From Eledone cirrhosa (lineage: Eukaryota): DNA of 64,000 nucleotides. Under the pieces are notes generated by a model that saw nothing but the letters and a program-made list of their open reading frames with translations, did no database searches and had not been told where the DNA came from. Every line of letters begins with the position of its first letter. Positions within the stretch are counted from its first letter, which is position 1. Position numbers and translations under genes: made by a program. The DNA is taken from positions 123,442,001-123,506,000 of the forward strand of contig OZ024745.1 in the NCBI GenBank assembly GCA_964016885.1. Direction: 5' to 3'. Shown piece by piece: positions 36,776-51,604 of this stretch.

Positions 36776-37379
36776 ATATATATGCGCATGCACACACTCA
36801 TATCACCACACATATATATATATATACATACACGGACATACACATTCATACACATTCATACACACACACACCTTCCCACATAAATGTACTTATATGTCTA
36901 TACTTGTTTATAAGGTGAGAAATATGTGACAAAAAAACAAACAACAAAAACCCCAAAACAAATCATGTTAAATTGAGGTGTTGCCATACAGTCGGGGTTA
37001 GTATTTTGCTGATTTTCACCAAATTCCAGCATCTATATAAGCAAGGAGCCAGAATATTTGGAGTGATACACATGGAGACTTCCGGTTTACGCAAGTGAAA
37101 ATGGCAATATTTTAAAATCTTTTATTATCATTCTTGTAAAGCATATATTTCGAAATATACATTTGTAAAACATGCAATTTTATGGGGGTTGCAAGGAAGG
37201 GAATTGAAGTAGGATAAGTAGACTGTACTTACACATGCACACACACATGCACACGCACACACACACACACACACACCTTGTCCATTGCAACAATTGCAAT
37301 AAGTATATTTTAAAAAAAAAACACTTACAAACATGCTTTTATAAATATACTGAAAAACTGACACACTTAATTTTATACT

Positions 37380-38360
<981 letters not shown>

Positions 38361-38789
38361 ACAAACGTTTTATTCAATTTGTTTGTGAAATCAAAACCTC
38401 TTACATTTGGAATATGGCACTATTGTTCTCTGCTAAACAAAAACTGGAGTATCTTCTTGAAATGGTAAAAAATCATTTATGTAATGGAGCTGGGAAGCAA
38501 AAACTAAACGGCACTTAAAAAAAGAAAAATTTTGATATCAAAATATTAAAACTTCATAAAAATATTCTCTATCCACGGGAATTTACAAAATTGCACCATC
38601 TAAACATAATATTTTGATCAACTGCCTTGGTTTATTCATGGGGTTTGAATTTTTGCTGATATAAAATTGAGGTGGGAGTTTGTTTTATGTTCGAATTGGC
38701 GTATACGTGAGTATATACAGTGTGTATGTTTATGTGTGTATGTGTGTGTAAATCTGTGTGTGTGAATGTATATATATATATATATATAT

Positions 38790-39752
38790 CATTTCATTTT
38801 ACGTCCGCTTTTCCATGCTTGCAAGGGTGGGACGGGAACTGATTCTGGCTTGATTTCTACAGCTGGATGCCCTTCCTAACACCAACCTCATTTACAGTGA
38901 GTACTGGGTGCTTTTTCGTGGTGCCTACACATCCACTTTACAGTGTGGGCTGGGTGCTTTTTTGCCATGGCACCTCCACGACCACCTTGCGGTGGGGGGG
39001 TGTGGGGGCATATTGTCTATATGCTTCAGCTTGTACCCATGGGAGGTCGGGTACTCTGTATTACTGCGTGACGCCAGAACTCACGGTTGTGTGTCATTGT
39101 CTTTGAGAGGTGTAATTGGGTAAGGTCGGCTTTTATCACCTCATCCCAAGTCATCTTGGGTCTCCCCACTCTGCGGTTTCCATCAACTTCTAGTGCTCTG
39201 CACCTTTTTATGCAGCTGTCATCCTTCATACGCATTACATGTCCATACCAGCGCAACCGCCTCTCCTGCACACAGCATTTGATTCCTCTTATGCTCAGTC
39301 TCTCTCTCAATTCATTTATGCTTTGTCGTTCACGTATATTACTGTTACACATCCATCAGAGCATGCAAGCTTCGTTTCTCTCTAATCTCCGTAAGTCTTC
39401 CACCTTCAGCGCCCAGGTCTCACTACCATGCAACATCGCTGTTCGGATACACGCATCATACAGTCTGCCTTTCATTCTGAGGGAGAAGCCTTTTGCAGCT
39501 AGCAGTGGTAGTAGTTCCCTAAACTTCTTCCATCCCGTTCTTACCCTAGTTATTGTACTTTCTGAACACCCACCTCCGCTGCTAATTCGGTCACCTAGGT
39601 AGCAGAAGCTGTCTACTGTTTCTACAGAGCCCTCCCAGAGATTGGTGGTACTTGTTTCCCGTGGCTGTTTGCTGCTTGCTGTCTCAGCACAGCTGCCGCA
39701 TGTGAAGCCTACATTCTTAATTAAGCTTCCTCAGATCCCGCTACATCTCTTG
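38790..39752 (-). mobile_element. RTE LINE 3' portion
   Basis: Minus strand reads [36 protein letters not shown] plus 3' tail. Confidence 0.9.
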
Positions 39753-40065
39753 TGTATATATATGTATATATATATATGTATATATACATGTATACATATA
39801 TATATATACATACACATACTCATATCAAAACAGATGACTGAATATGCATGTGCGTTTTTTTTTCTCAAATTTTTTTCCGTCCCCTCCCCTCCTCACTCTC
39901 TATCTTTCTATTTCACCTTTTATTTCTCATTCTATCTTCTGATGAAGGATTACTGTCTAAAATGTAAACACTTTTCCCACTATACCAAGTGTTAAACTAA
40001 TATATTTCTTCATTTTAGTGTTGTCTGTTTTATTTCTGTTCACTTTTTGTGTGTATGTGTGTGTT

Positions 40066-40126
<61 letters not shown>

Positions 40127-40145
40127 ACATATAGATATATGTATG

Positions 40146-40400
40146 TGGAGGCACGTGGCCAAGTGGTAAGGGTGTTGGACTTAGGATCATAATGTTGTGG
40201 GTTCAATTCCTGGGTTGTATGTTGTGTTCTTGAGCAAAACACTTCATTTCATGTTGCTCCAGTATACTCAGCTGAAAATGAGTACTAGTAATTGCTGGGG
40301 GTTTAACTCTGTGATGGACTGGCGTCCTGTCCGGGGGGGCTGGGGGGGGGGGTCTTGTACTCCCAGCCACTTCACACCATGAAACTAGGATAAGCACCAG
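40146..40400 (+). mobile_element. tRNA-derived SINE (family B-like)
   Basis: GGAGGCACGTGGCCAAGTGGTAAG..GGTTCAATTCC..CTTGAGCAAAACACTT. Confidence 0.7.
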
Positions 40401-41549
40401 CCAATGAGCCTTCTGGCTTAAGACAGACTTTAGACTTGTCTTTAGACATATATGTACATATTGACAAAACAAGGGTTTTTTTTTTTTCGTGTAGAACAAT
40501 GGGCTGTTTTAGTCTGGTTGGTATGAAAATGGTTAATATTAAGTTAAATATTTTAGCATTTAATACTGAGATTTCCACATTGCTCAAAATCTGTTTTAAT
40601 AATGTAATACACATCATTTTTCAAACTGTAATTTCGTTGGACTGCCTCGATAAAAACAGAAATCCATTGTTTAGCAAAAACCCCGGAAGAAATGAAAATA
40701 TTGAAATAGATATCTTATATATGATAAATATTTCTTTGGATGAGAATAATCTCACTTCCACTATAACCTTTGCACAATATAGTAATACCATTTGCTAGTT
40801 TGATTCACTGAAGATTTCCATATTGTCAAGCCATAGTTTGTTTGGAATCTCTTATATCATATCTCTCATGGTTTATGTATAACTATGATAAAGGCAGGTG
40901 TTAATATAAGGTGCCTCACAAATCATTATTTTATTTGTTAAGATGATAAATTGAGTAGCAGTATAGATATTTAAAGATCTGTTAATATTTCTTTTGGTAA
41001 AAGGTGTTGATAAATTGCCAGACTAAATGTCAGACTGCATTTTGCTGTGCCTATCTACTTTCTGTGTTCTAATATGGCTGAGGACTACTTTCTGGAGTTC
41101 TTCTTCTCTCCTTCTTCAATCATTTATTCCTGAGGGTAGTGTCTTCAAGCACACCTTCCTGTGGGCTTTGTCAGAAGTAACTGTACCCAGCTAAGCTCAT
41201 GGATGTTATCCAACAATCTTACTCGAGGTCTACACCTGGGTCTCATGCCTTGCCTATAAAATCTGTCAAACGATTCTTTCCTGTGACATTCTAACCACAT
41301 GTCTATAATATTGGAGCTGTGATCTCTCAATTCGGAAAAGTAGCTACTCTCTGATTTCCGAGCTCCGTACTCTATCAAGTAACGTTACTCCAAAGCTCCT
41401 TCGGAGGAACCACATTTCCGTCACTTGTTGAGTTGATAAAATATCTTCCAGTATGTACTCTGGTTGATTTAGTTAACTGCTTCCTGCCCTTATAACTATC
41501 TGGCTACCGATATTCAAACTTGTTTAAACTTAGTAAAAATAAATGCATT

Positions 41550-41925
41550 AATAATGGTTTCTGTTCAAGGCCAGCAATTTTATGGGAGTGGAAAGTCGAT
41601 TAAATCAACCCTAGTGCATTACTGATGCTTTATATTATCGACCCCATAAGGATCAAAGGCAAAGCTAACTCAGACTGTAAAGGACTGTAACTCTATGCTG
41701 TAAAGTATGGTGTCTGACGCTCTACAGATTATGCCTATAATAATTGTTTCTATTTTTGGCACAAGGCCAGCAATTACCCTAGTGTATTACTGGTACTTTA
41801 TTTTATTGACACCGTAAGGATGAACGGCAAAGTTAACCTTAGCGGGATTTGAACTCAGACCGTAAAGCTCTGTGCTGCAAAGTATGGTGTCCGACCCTCT
41901 ACTGATACTGCCAACCCATCGCTAT
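41550..41925 (-). mobile_element. Two SINE A copies
   Basis: Family motifs repeated twice. Confidence 0.7.
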
Positions 41926-42132
41926 AATAATAATAATAATAATAATCCTTTTTACATTGGCTTTTCCATGGCAATATTTTACAACTGACAATTTTTAGTT
42001 GCTTCTTATGATCTCAGATTTATGGTGTACCTATTCTAAACCAGATACTTGAAACAATTATGATAACACTAACTGGTTGATAACATTATTCATGATTATA
42101 CTAAGCAGCTTCAACTGTATTATTTAGTTTAA

Positions 42133-42338
42133 CCCTTTAGCATTTAAACTGGCCATATCTGGCCAGAATTCTCTCATCTCTTTCTGTTCAAATTTGCCAT
42201 AACCGGCCACTTATACCAACATTAAAGATTTGCTTTCAAAAGAAATAACAACATCATTAAAAATCTCATAGATTCAATATTATGTGAGATGAAGCCATTA
42301 CAACAAAAATACAATAGTAGAGGTAAATTGCTAAAGGG
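42133..42338. mobile_element. piggyBac-type MITE
   Basis: TTAA|CCCTTTAGC ... GCTAAAGGG|TTAA. Confidence 0.8.
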
Positions 42339-42498
42339 TTAAATAGTAAAAATATGAATTTGTTATGAAGTATTGTCTGACATGTTTTATGTTTTTATTT
42401 TGAATATATACAAACTTTTCTCCAGTATTTTGGTTAATTTTTAGTTATGATTCTAAAAATTTCTTTACTAATACATTTTTATTTTATTTTGTTTTCAG

Positions 42499-42622
42499 GT
42501 CATGATTGTCTTGCAAGTGCTAAGACGGGAAGTGGAAAAACTGCAGCTTTTGCATTACCCATTCTTCAGCTTCTTTCTGAAGACCCTTATGGTATATTTG
42601 CTCTCATCGTGACACCAACACG
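42499..42622 (+). CDS. DDX49: Internal exon of DEAD-box RNA helicase DDX49/Dbp8 (motif I to Ia)
   Basis: Acceptor TTTTGTTTTCAG and donor GTAAGG. Translates (G)[41 protein letters not shown]. The LSEDPYGIF stretch is typical of DDX49 as I recall the family. No other exons were recognised. Confidence 0.9.
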
Positions 42623-43110
42623 GTAAGGTTGATCACAATTTTTTTTTTGTATTCAAAAAATTTTTGTTTCAAAAATGGTCTTATTCTAAAATCCTATTTA
42701 TATTCTATAAAAATAATTTTGAATATTTGGAGTTGCAAAATAAAAGTCCCTCCTTCTCCACCAATGTTTACATATAAAATATTTTCTGCAGAATTAGTTA
42801 CTTAGGGGAATCAGTCGACAGAATCCTAGACCTCATTCACTTACCGAGTGGGGTGGAACTCATCAAATCGGACCAAGGAAACAATGTTTCCATTGCTGAT
42901 ACTATCTACTAGCTGAAAGGGCAATGGGAAATAAAGTGTTTTGCTCAAGAACATACCAACACATTGCCTGATTTGGGAATCAAACTCGTAACTTCATGAT
43001 TATGAATCCAATTTTTTAACCACTACGCCACATGCCTTCATTAGTCAATCATATTTTACTTTAGTTTCATCAGAGTTATTTTTTTAATTTTTTTTTTTAA
43101 TATTACTATA

Positions 43111-43438
43111 TCTATATATTACTAAAAGTCTGTGATTGCTTACTTACTTGCTTGCTTGTCTGTACTGTAATACAGCCAAAAGGGCGCATAATGAGAAAAT
43201 ACTTTGAAAGGAAGTTGCCCCTGAAATGGGAATACAAATGGAATAAAACAAGTTTTGCGTAAATCAAAGCACGGGTTCCCGAGATATGGGGTTTTTCTGG
43301 GTACCTTCATAAACAGAGAGAGATAGAGGGATAGTGGTTGTGAGAGAGTAGATTGAAAGAGAGACATAGAGAGAGGGAGACAGAGAAGGAGAATGGAAGA
43401 GAGCTGGTGGTGTTGTGTATATATATATATATGTGTGA

Positions 43439-43482
<44 letters not shown>

Positions 43483-43735
43483 CTATGACCAGTGTATATA
43501 AATCACAGACACCCACATATATACACACACACACGCATACATATATATATATGTATACACACACACACACATATATACATACACACACGTATATATATAT
43601 ATAGACCTTCCAGTTTCATTTCACATTATATACATGTCTGTGTATATTTTAATTACTTAAAAATTTTTAAGTGAACCTGATTTAAAAAAAAATATTTTGA
43701 AGTAAACATGACCCAGCGGGTCATGGGTGGTCTAG
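43111..43735 (+). mobile_element. Non-autonomous Helitron
   Basis: Starts A|TCTATATATTACTAAAAG. Ends with the hairpin CATGACCC-AGC-GGGTCATG followed by CTAG|T. Confidence 0.7.
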
Positions 43736-43991
43736 TTTATAATTAAAAATGCTTTTCCATTAAATTGTAAAACTGTTGAGTTTAGACTGTTTTTTTTGTA
43801 AACAACCCTTTTACTACCATATTTATAATGAAAGACAGTCTATAATTTTCAAATCATTAAACTGTTTGTAATATGATTTAACAAAGGTTTTTTAAAATGA
43901 AATTATGATGGAAGGTTTTTAGATAAATATTTTAAAATTACTTTTGTATCATGGATCCAGGTAGGTTGTCAGAAGGGTGTGGTTTGGAACA

Positions 43992-44565
43992 CCCTTTAGC
44001 ATTTACATTACTCTCTATATATTATTGTATTTTCCTGATAAAGGCTTTACCTCACATAATTATCTCACATAATATTTAATCTGTGAGATTTTGATATTAT
44101 TTATTTTGAGAACAATACCTTAACATCAGTATGACGGGGTGAGGCAAAGTATTCAGCAATAAGCCTAAATATATAAAACCCTGCACACTCCTATTCTTTA
44201 AATTAATGTCTCGACCTGTAACTCCATGTAGAGTCATAGTTTCTTTGGCATTTTAAATCTGGCGAAGCCCATCTCTCTATATGTTTAAACACACTGATTT
44301 CTGAGAGAGAGGGAGAGTAAGAGAGAGAGATAGTAATAGAGAGAAAGTGAGACAAAAATATGGAGGGAGAATCAACCCTAGTACTGGACAGATACTATTT
44401 ATACCAACTTCTAAATGATACAAAGCAAAGTTGATCTAAGATTTTGATATTACTTACTTTGAGAACAATACCTTAACATCAGTATGATTGGTCAGTTACA
44501 GACGGTTTGTACAGAAAGAGGCGAGAGAATTCTGGCCCGATATGGCTGGTTTAAATGTGAAAGGG
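43992..44565. mobile_element. piggyBac-type MITE interrupted by a ~300-bp insert
   Basis: CCCTTTAGCATTTAC ... AAAGGG|TTAA. An internal ~48-bp segment is duplicated around the insert (44135-44438). Confidence 0.75.
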
Positions 44566-44879
44566 TTAACAAAAGTTTCTTACATAAATTTTACCAGTAT
44601 TTTCATAAACACGTGTGCGCACACGCATGCATACACATGCACACACACACACACACACACTCTCTCACATACATGTGCACACTGTCTGTCGAAAAAGTAG
44701 CCAACTATATTTTTTCCTGTGGGAATTATGATGTTTTTGAGACAAAAGTGTGCTGATTGGAACCAAATACATTTATGTGCATAGATAGTTTTTGGTGAGC
44801 TTGTTAGATGAATCACTCGCTGTCAGCCAGCCCAGGTGTGAGGTGCTATACTACTTACTCATATTTTCATTTCAAAGTC

Positions 44880-45330
44880 AACAAGGATCTTCAGTTTCTC
44901 TTTACTGTGATAACTGGAGTTGAGATGAGTGTGTACAGGTCTAGAAACTAAAGCTCAGTCATCACAGTGGAAGCATCCTACATCACCAAGATCCACAATA
45001 CCATGCCAGGTGATGAGCAAAATGAAGGTCATGCTGACTGTTGTTTTTCAATTACCAAGGCATTGTGCATCATAAATATTCACCAGAAGGGCAAACAGTT
45101 ACAAAGGAGCACTTTCAGGATGTCATCCGATCTAAGAAACTAGATGTGGTAGTCTTACAAAACTGGCAACTGAATTATCATACTGCCCTGGCACACTTAT
45201 TGCAGCTGATTCAAGATTTCTTGACAAAGAAAGACATTTTGCTCATTCACCAGGCTCTGTACTCTTCAAACATGTCTCGTTCGCACTTCTGGTTGTTCCC
45301 AAAATTTAACATGCCACTGAAAGCTTCAAC
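44880..45330 (+). pseudogene. Mariner transposase relic
   Basis: VITG.E, ETKAQSSQWKHP.SPR, KVMLTV.FF..GIVH..PEGQTV and a degenerate YSPDLAP.DFWLFPK. Confidence 0.8.
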
Positions 45331-46665
45331 TTGGAGAGATGAGAGATCATGTGGACTGCAGTGGCAGCATTGAACACATTCTAGACATTTAAAAATCACT
45401 GGGTTAAGTATGTGGAGAGACAAGTAACCTACTTCAATGGGGATTAACAATTGAGCCCCATCAAATGTATAAATGTATTTATGCCAGTATCTGTGTTTAT
45501 GTTTGAAGGTTTAAAACCAGCATTATATTTCTATGTCCTGCCCTGTAACTTAGCATTTCTAGAAATGAAATTTGATATAATAAACACTGGAAGTTGACAT
45601 AGGCATTAAAAATTTACTAAATCCTTGAAGGCAGTGCCCAAGTATGGCTGTGGCCCAGCAACTGAAACAAGTAAAAGAAAAAAAACATTTATTATATACA
45701 AAAGAAGTAGAAGAATTGTTTTGAAGGAAGTATAGATTGAGAATATAATCTATATTGCTTTGGGCTTTTATCTTTATCAGTTTTTAAATTTGTGTATTTC
45801 CCTATTTTAAGTACATTAATCTGTTAATCTGCGCTTTTTTACTTTCAGGCTGTGATTTACAGCTTAATATTCTTGAAACAATCAAAATAATTTATTCTTA
45901 CACTTGCTTAATGTAAGGAAAGCTAGTATTACCCAGCTTCACATTCATTTCACTTTGCAAAATTTCCTAACAAAATAGAACTTTGTTTTTGTTTAATCCT
46001 TACCTCATCATATTTCTAATGAAAATAATCAAGAATTTGAAAGGATTTAGTAATGTAATTAAATCGCCCCTGGTTCTGTGATACAAAGCTGTTTATTTTA
46101 AAGTGTTTGTATTTATCAAAACCCACTTCATCATAATTTTATGTAAGAATCTTTGTTTCAAACAACAGCCTAATAAATAGAAAGTTAGTTGTATAACTAA
46201 ATCCCTTCAAATTCTTGATTATTTTCAAAATTCCTTGAAAACCCTAAGTAGTGTCTTTTATTAGAAATATTGCAATGAAAGTGTTAAAATAAATAGTTTT
46301 GTATTGTTGAACCAGTGGTAGGTTCTAGTGACTTGCTGTCAAAAGTGATAATAAACTAATACACATGAACTAAACTACTTTACCAAATGTATGTTTCCTC
46401 TTCTGATCAAGCAAAGCCACAGCTCACTCTTATTTTTGGTCTCCATAAATATTACCTATCAAACAACTCCAAAATACAACTGGTTAGATAGAACGTTACC
46501 TAAATTTTTGGCACCATAGACAAAAATGACAGATTTCTTATTTCCAATATTTATTTTTTTTGTTCCATTGATATTGAAACAATAATGAAAATAACACTGT
46601 ATACTTGCATGGTTTGTTTTTGACTCCCGTTCTTTTTAATATTCTATTTTGTTTGTATGTTTGTA

Positions 46666-47483
46666 CATCATCATCATCATCATCATCATCACCGTTTTAT
46701 GTCCGTTCTTCCACACTAGCATGGGTTAGACGGGTTGTCCTGTTGTGGGCAGTGTCTGGTCGGCTGACCATGTCTTGCTCATACAGGAACTGATTTGGCT
46801 TGATTTCTACAGCTGGATGCCCTTCCTAACACCAACCTCATTTACAGTGAGTGCTGGGTGCTTTTTCGTGGCGCCTACACGTCCACTTTACAGTGTGGGC
46901 TGGGTGCTTTTTTGCCGTGGCACCTCCACGACCACCTTGCAGTGGGAGGGTGTGGGGGCATATTGTCTATATGCTTCAGCTTGTACCCATGGGAGGTCGG
47001 GTACTCTGTATTACTGTGTGACGCCAGAGGTGTAATTGGGTAAGGTCGGCTTTTATCACCTCATCCCAGGTCATCTTGGGTCTCCCCACTCCGCGGTTTC
47101 CATCGACTTCTAGTGCTCTGCTACTTTTTATGCAGCTGTCATCCTTCATACGCATCACATTACTGTTACACATCCATCGGAGCATGCAGGCTTCGTTTCT
47201 CTCTAATCTCCGTAAGTCTTCCACCTTCAGCGCCCAGGTCTCACTACCATGCAACATTGCTGTTTGGATACACGCATCATACAGTCTGCCTTTCATTCTG
47301 AGGGAGAAGCCTTTTGCAGCTAGCAGTGGCAGTAGTTCCCTAAACTTCTTCCATCCTGTTCTTACCCTCGTTATTGTACTTTCTGAACACCCACCTCCGC
47401 TGCTAATTTGGTCACCTAGGTAGTAGAAGCTGTCTACTGTTTCTACAGAGCCCTCCCAGAGATTGGTGGTACTTGTTTCCTGT
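46666..47483 (-). mobile_element. RTE LINE 3' portion with internal deletions
   Basis: Close paralogue of 38790-39660. Confidence 0.9.
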
Positions 47484-48084
47484 TATATATATTTATATAT
47501 GTGCGTGTATATAAATTAGGCTGTGTGGTTACAAATGATATAAAATCATGTGAGAGAAATATAGGAAGCAGAAAGCTTGAAAGAGACAAGCAAGTGGACA
47601 ATTCCCGCTCATCAGCTGTCTTCTGGGGATCATTATAGTTTTGGATGCTTGTGTTTGATGTAGTTTAGCTTTGCTGTAATTCTAAGTTTTGACTCTTTTT
47701 TCCCAACAGTTCATAACTTCAAAGTTATAAACTCATTTCCAACAGTTCATAATTTCAAAGCTAGATGGGGTTACTAGTTTATTGATGTGATTGTTTGTCA
47801 ATCATTCAGATATGTGTTGTTAATAAATGTTTGTTTAAAAAAATAGTCATTTTACTGAAAAAAACCCCCCCAAAAACCCAGCACATCAACTGTAGCTGTG
47901 TAAAATATATGCAGCAGTCAACAGGTTAAATATTTGTTGTTTGGTGGATGATTTTGATTGTACTGGACATTAATTTTATATGTAATACTCCGAGTGTTTG
48001 CAAGTGGGTTGTTAGGTTTTGTTTGGTGTGTCTTTAGTTGTTTATGTTTGTTGTTTTCATTTATTTGATGTTGAGTAGTGATAT

Positions 48085-48328
48085 CATCATCACCATCGTT
48101 TAACGTCTATCTTCCACGCTAGCATGGGTTAGACGGGTTTGTCACATCAGAGGCAAGTTGGGTCGGGTGACCATTTCTCGCTCATATAGGACTGTTTCTG
48201 GCTGGTTTTCTACGACTGGATGCCCTTCCCAATGCCAACCACATTTACAATGTGTGGTGGGTGATTTTTGTCATGTCTCCTACATGACCACTTTACAGTG
48301 TTAGCTGGGTGGTTTGTGGTACCAACAT
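48085..48328 (-). mobile_element. RTE/SINE 3' tail
   Basis: CATCGTTTAACGTC...CTGGATGCCCTTCC. Confidence 0.7.
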
Positions 48329-48357
48329 GATATATAGATATATATGTATATTTTTGA

Positions 48358-48414
<57 letters not shown>

Positions 48415-48451
48415 ATCATCAACATCACCGCTAGAAAGAAAAAAAAAACAA

Positions 48452-48496
<45 letters not shown>

Positions 48497-48639
48497 GAGT
48501 GTTTTTTCTTTGTAGCATGGAAGACTTGATGTAAAATGGTGGTGATGATGATGATATATATATATATACACTCAAGTGTATATATATATATATATATATC
48601 ATCATCATCATGATATGTGTGTGTGTGTGTGTATATATA

Positions 48640-48968
48640 TGAGTTCAATTCTCAGACTGGGTGATGTGTCATTTCCTTGAGCAAGACACTTTATTTCACA
48701 TTGCTCCAGCTGCAGAAATGAGATGATAGGGACTGGGGTCCCTATCATTCCACTGCAAAGTGTTCGTGGAGGTACCACGGCAAAAAAGCACCCAGCCCAC
48801 ACTGTAAAGTGGATGTGTAGGCGCCATGGAAAAAAAGCACCCAGCACTCACGGTAACTGAGGTTGGTGTTAGGAAGGGAATCCAGCTGTAGAAATCAAGC
48901 CAGAATCAGTTCCCATCCCACCCTTGCAAGCAGGGAAAAGCGGACATAAAATGATGATGATGATGATA
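48640..48968 (+). mobile_element. SINE family B (5'-truncated)
   Basis: Family body and tail. Confidence 0.75.
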
Positions 48969-49533
48969 CCCAGGGAGTGGATATATATATAAAGATAGGG
49001 ATATATAGTGATAGAGATATAGCAGGCAGGAAGAAGATTACATAAGTACAGAAATTGACGTATATGGATGATGAAGAGATGCTAGGAGCTCTAAGTGGAA
49101 GAAAGTTATGAAAGCTGATCTGAGGTATACTGAACCTCACAAAGGAGATGGCAAAGGAAAGAATCAAAATGAGGATTCATCTAATCCATTCAAGCATGAT
49201 AATCCAAACATGGAAATATTGATGATATATAGCTCTTAATATTTTTCTCATTGTAAGAATTGGTGGATGGTATAGGTATGATGTTGAAGGTGTATGATGT
49301 TTAAACATTTGGCTTCAAATGGGAAAAATATGAGCAAAGTATCAGTTCTAGTCATTTATGTGTAATCATTATCTTTCTTAGAGAATGTAGAAGTTCCTTG
49401 CTTGGTGTGGTGTCAAGAAGAGCTTTTTGGAGAATGTTTTTGTTTCAAGATATTCTTATGAAATCATATTATATAGACACACCCACACATACATACATAT
49501 ATATATATATATTTATACACACACGCACACAAT

Positions 49534-49583
<50 letters not shown>

Positions 49584-49678
49584 AACGAGTAGGACCCCGA
49601 CGGCTGAGCTCAAGCCGTTTCGACGGCTAATTCTGGACGGAATTATGGTCCACCTGGTTCCTTACCACATTTCCTTTG

Positions 49679-49717
<39 letters not shown>

Positions 49718-50514
49718 AATGGACACATATGTATATTCTTTTTATTGAAAATAAAATATATATCTTGGTTGCCTGGAGAAGTAAATTTCTGAAGCTTGTA
49801 ATCTGTCATGTTTGTCTAATAAGGTTTCTAAGAGAAAGTTCTGAATAAATATATATATACCCATATAAAGACTGAGAGAAATAAGAAATTCATGTGCTTA
49901 TCACTATTGTGTGTGTGTATGTAAATTGTTTATTTTGTGTGAAAATATACATAATGTGAGTGTATGTGAGTACATTAATATACACACATACATACAGTTT
50001 ATATACAATCCATTCCGTATTCATCTGAAAAACATAATAGGAAATGATTTCAGATAGAAGAAAAATTCAAAATATATTTGAGAGTTTACTGGAGCATTTT
50101 GTTGATATATATGACAACATTCAGTAGAAAATATATTCCCTAGAGGAACTCCAAACATTTAGCTCTCAATAAGAATTTATCTGCACCTCTTAAAATGTAA
50201 TGGAATGCATGCAAGTGAAATACAAATTCTTAATGACAGCACTACAATTATAATTTAATTCTCTACCTATATGAAACCTATGTAAATTGTAGAACTAGAT
50301 GGTTCCTTAGTAAATAGCAAGTAAGTTATACTTCAAGCTAGATTATTATTTTAATTTTTTGTTGTTTTTCCCTCCTCTCTGACAATCCATTACATTAAAC
50401 AACCTCTATTATAAAATACATATCTGTACATTTGTAAAACAAATATTTAGCAAAGAACCAATGTTCAATCTGCAAAAATTATTGCGCATTATAGTTTACT
50501 TTTCAATTTAACTT

Positions 50515-51604
50515 TACACTCTATAAAGTGGTAATACCTGTGCTATGATAAAATGTACCCAGTACACTCTGTAAAATGGTAATACCTGTGCCATTATAAA
50601 ATGTACCCAGTACACTCTATAAAGTGGTAATACCTGTGCTATGATAAAATGTACCCAGTACACTCTGTAAAGTGGTAATACTGGTGCTATTATAAAATGT
50701 ACCCAGTATACTCTATAAAGTGGTAATACCTGTACTATGATAACATGTACCCAGTACATTCTATAAAGTGGTAATACCTGTGCTATGATAAAATGTACCC
50801 AGTACACTCTGTAAAGTGGTAATACCTGTGGTATGATAAAATGTACCCAATACACTCTGTAAAGTGGTAATACCTGTACTATGATAAAATGTACCCAGTA
50901 CACTCTGTAAAGTGGTAATACTGGTGGTATGATAAAATGTACCCAGTACACTCTATAAAGTGGTAATACCTGTGCTATGATAAAATGTACCCAGTACACT
51001 CTGTAAAGTGGTAATACTGGTGCTATTATAAAATGTACCCAGTACACTCTATAAAGTGGTAATACCTGTACTATGATAACATGTACCCAGTACATTCTAT
51101 AAAGTGGTAATACCTGTGCTATGATAAAATGTACCCAGTACACTCTGTAAAGTGGTAATACTGGTGGTATGATAAAATGTACCCAGTACACTCTGTAAAG
51201 TGGTAATACCTGTGCTATGATAACATGTACCCAGTACACTCTATAAAGTGCTAATACCTGTGCTATGATAAAATGTACCCAATACACTCTGTAAAGTGGT
51301 AATACCTGTACTATGATAAAATGTACCCAGTACACTCTGTAAAGTGGTAATACTGGTGGTATGATAAAATGTACCCAATACACTCTGTAAAGTGGTAATA
51401 CCTGTGCTATGATAAAATGTACCCAGTACACTCTGTAAAGTGGTAATACTGGTGGTATGATAAAATGTACCCAGTACACTCTGTAAAGTGGTAATACTGG
51501 TGGTATGATAAAATGTACCCAATACACTCTGTAAAGTGGTAATACTTGTACTATGATAAAATGTACCCAGTACACTCTGTAAAGTGGTAATACCTGTGCT
51601 ATGT
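50515..51604. repeat. 48-bp minisatellite, ~23 copies
   Basis: Unit tacactctgtaaagtggtaatacctgtgctatgataaaatgtacccag. Confidence 0.95.

Noticed and set aside
39939-39975. Further CTGATGA motifs (also 5685, 25867) and GAAA halves (36082, 53433)
   Set aside because: Missing the partner core strand or helices. Probably decayed hammerheads, so not called.
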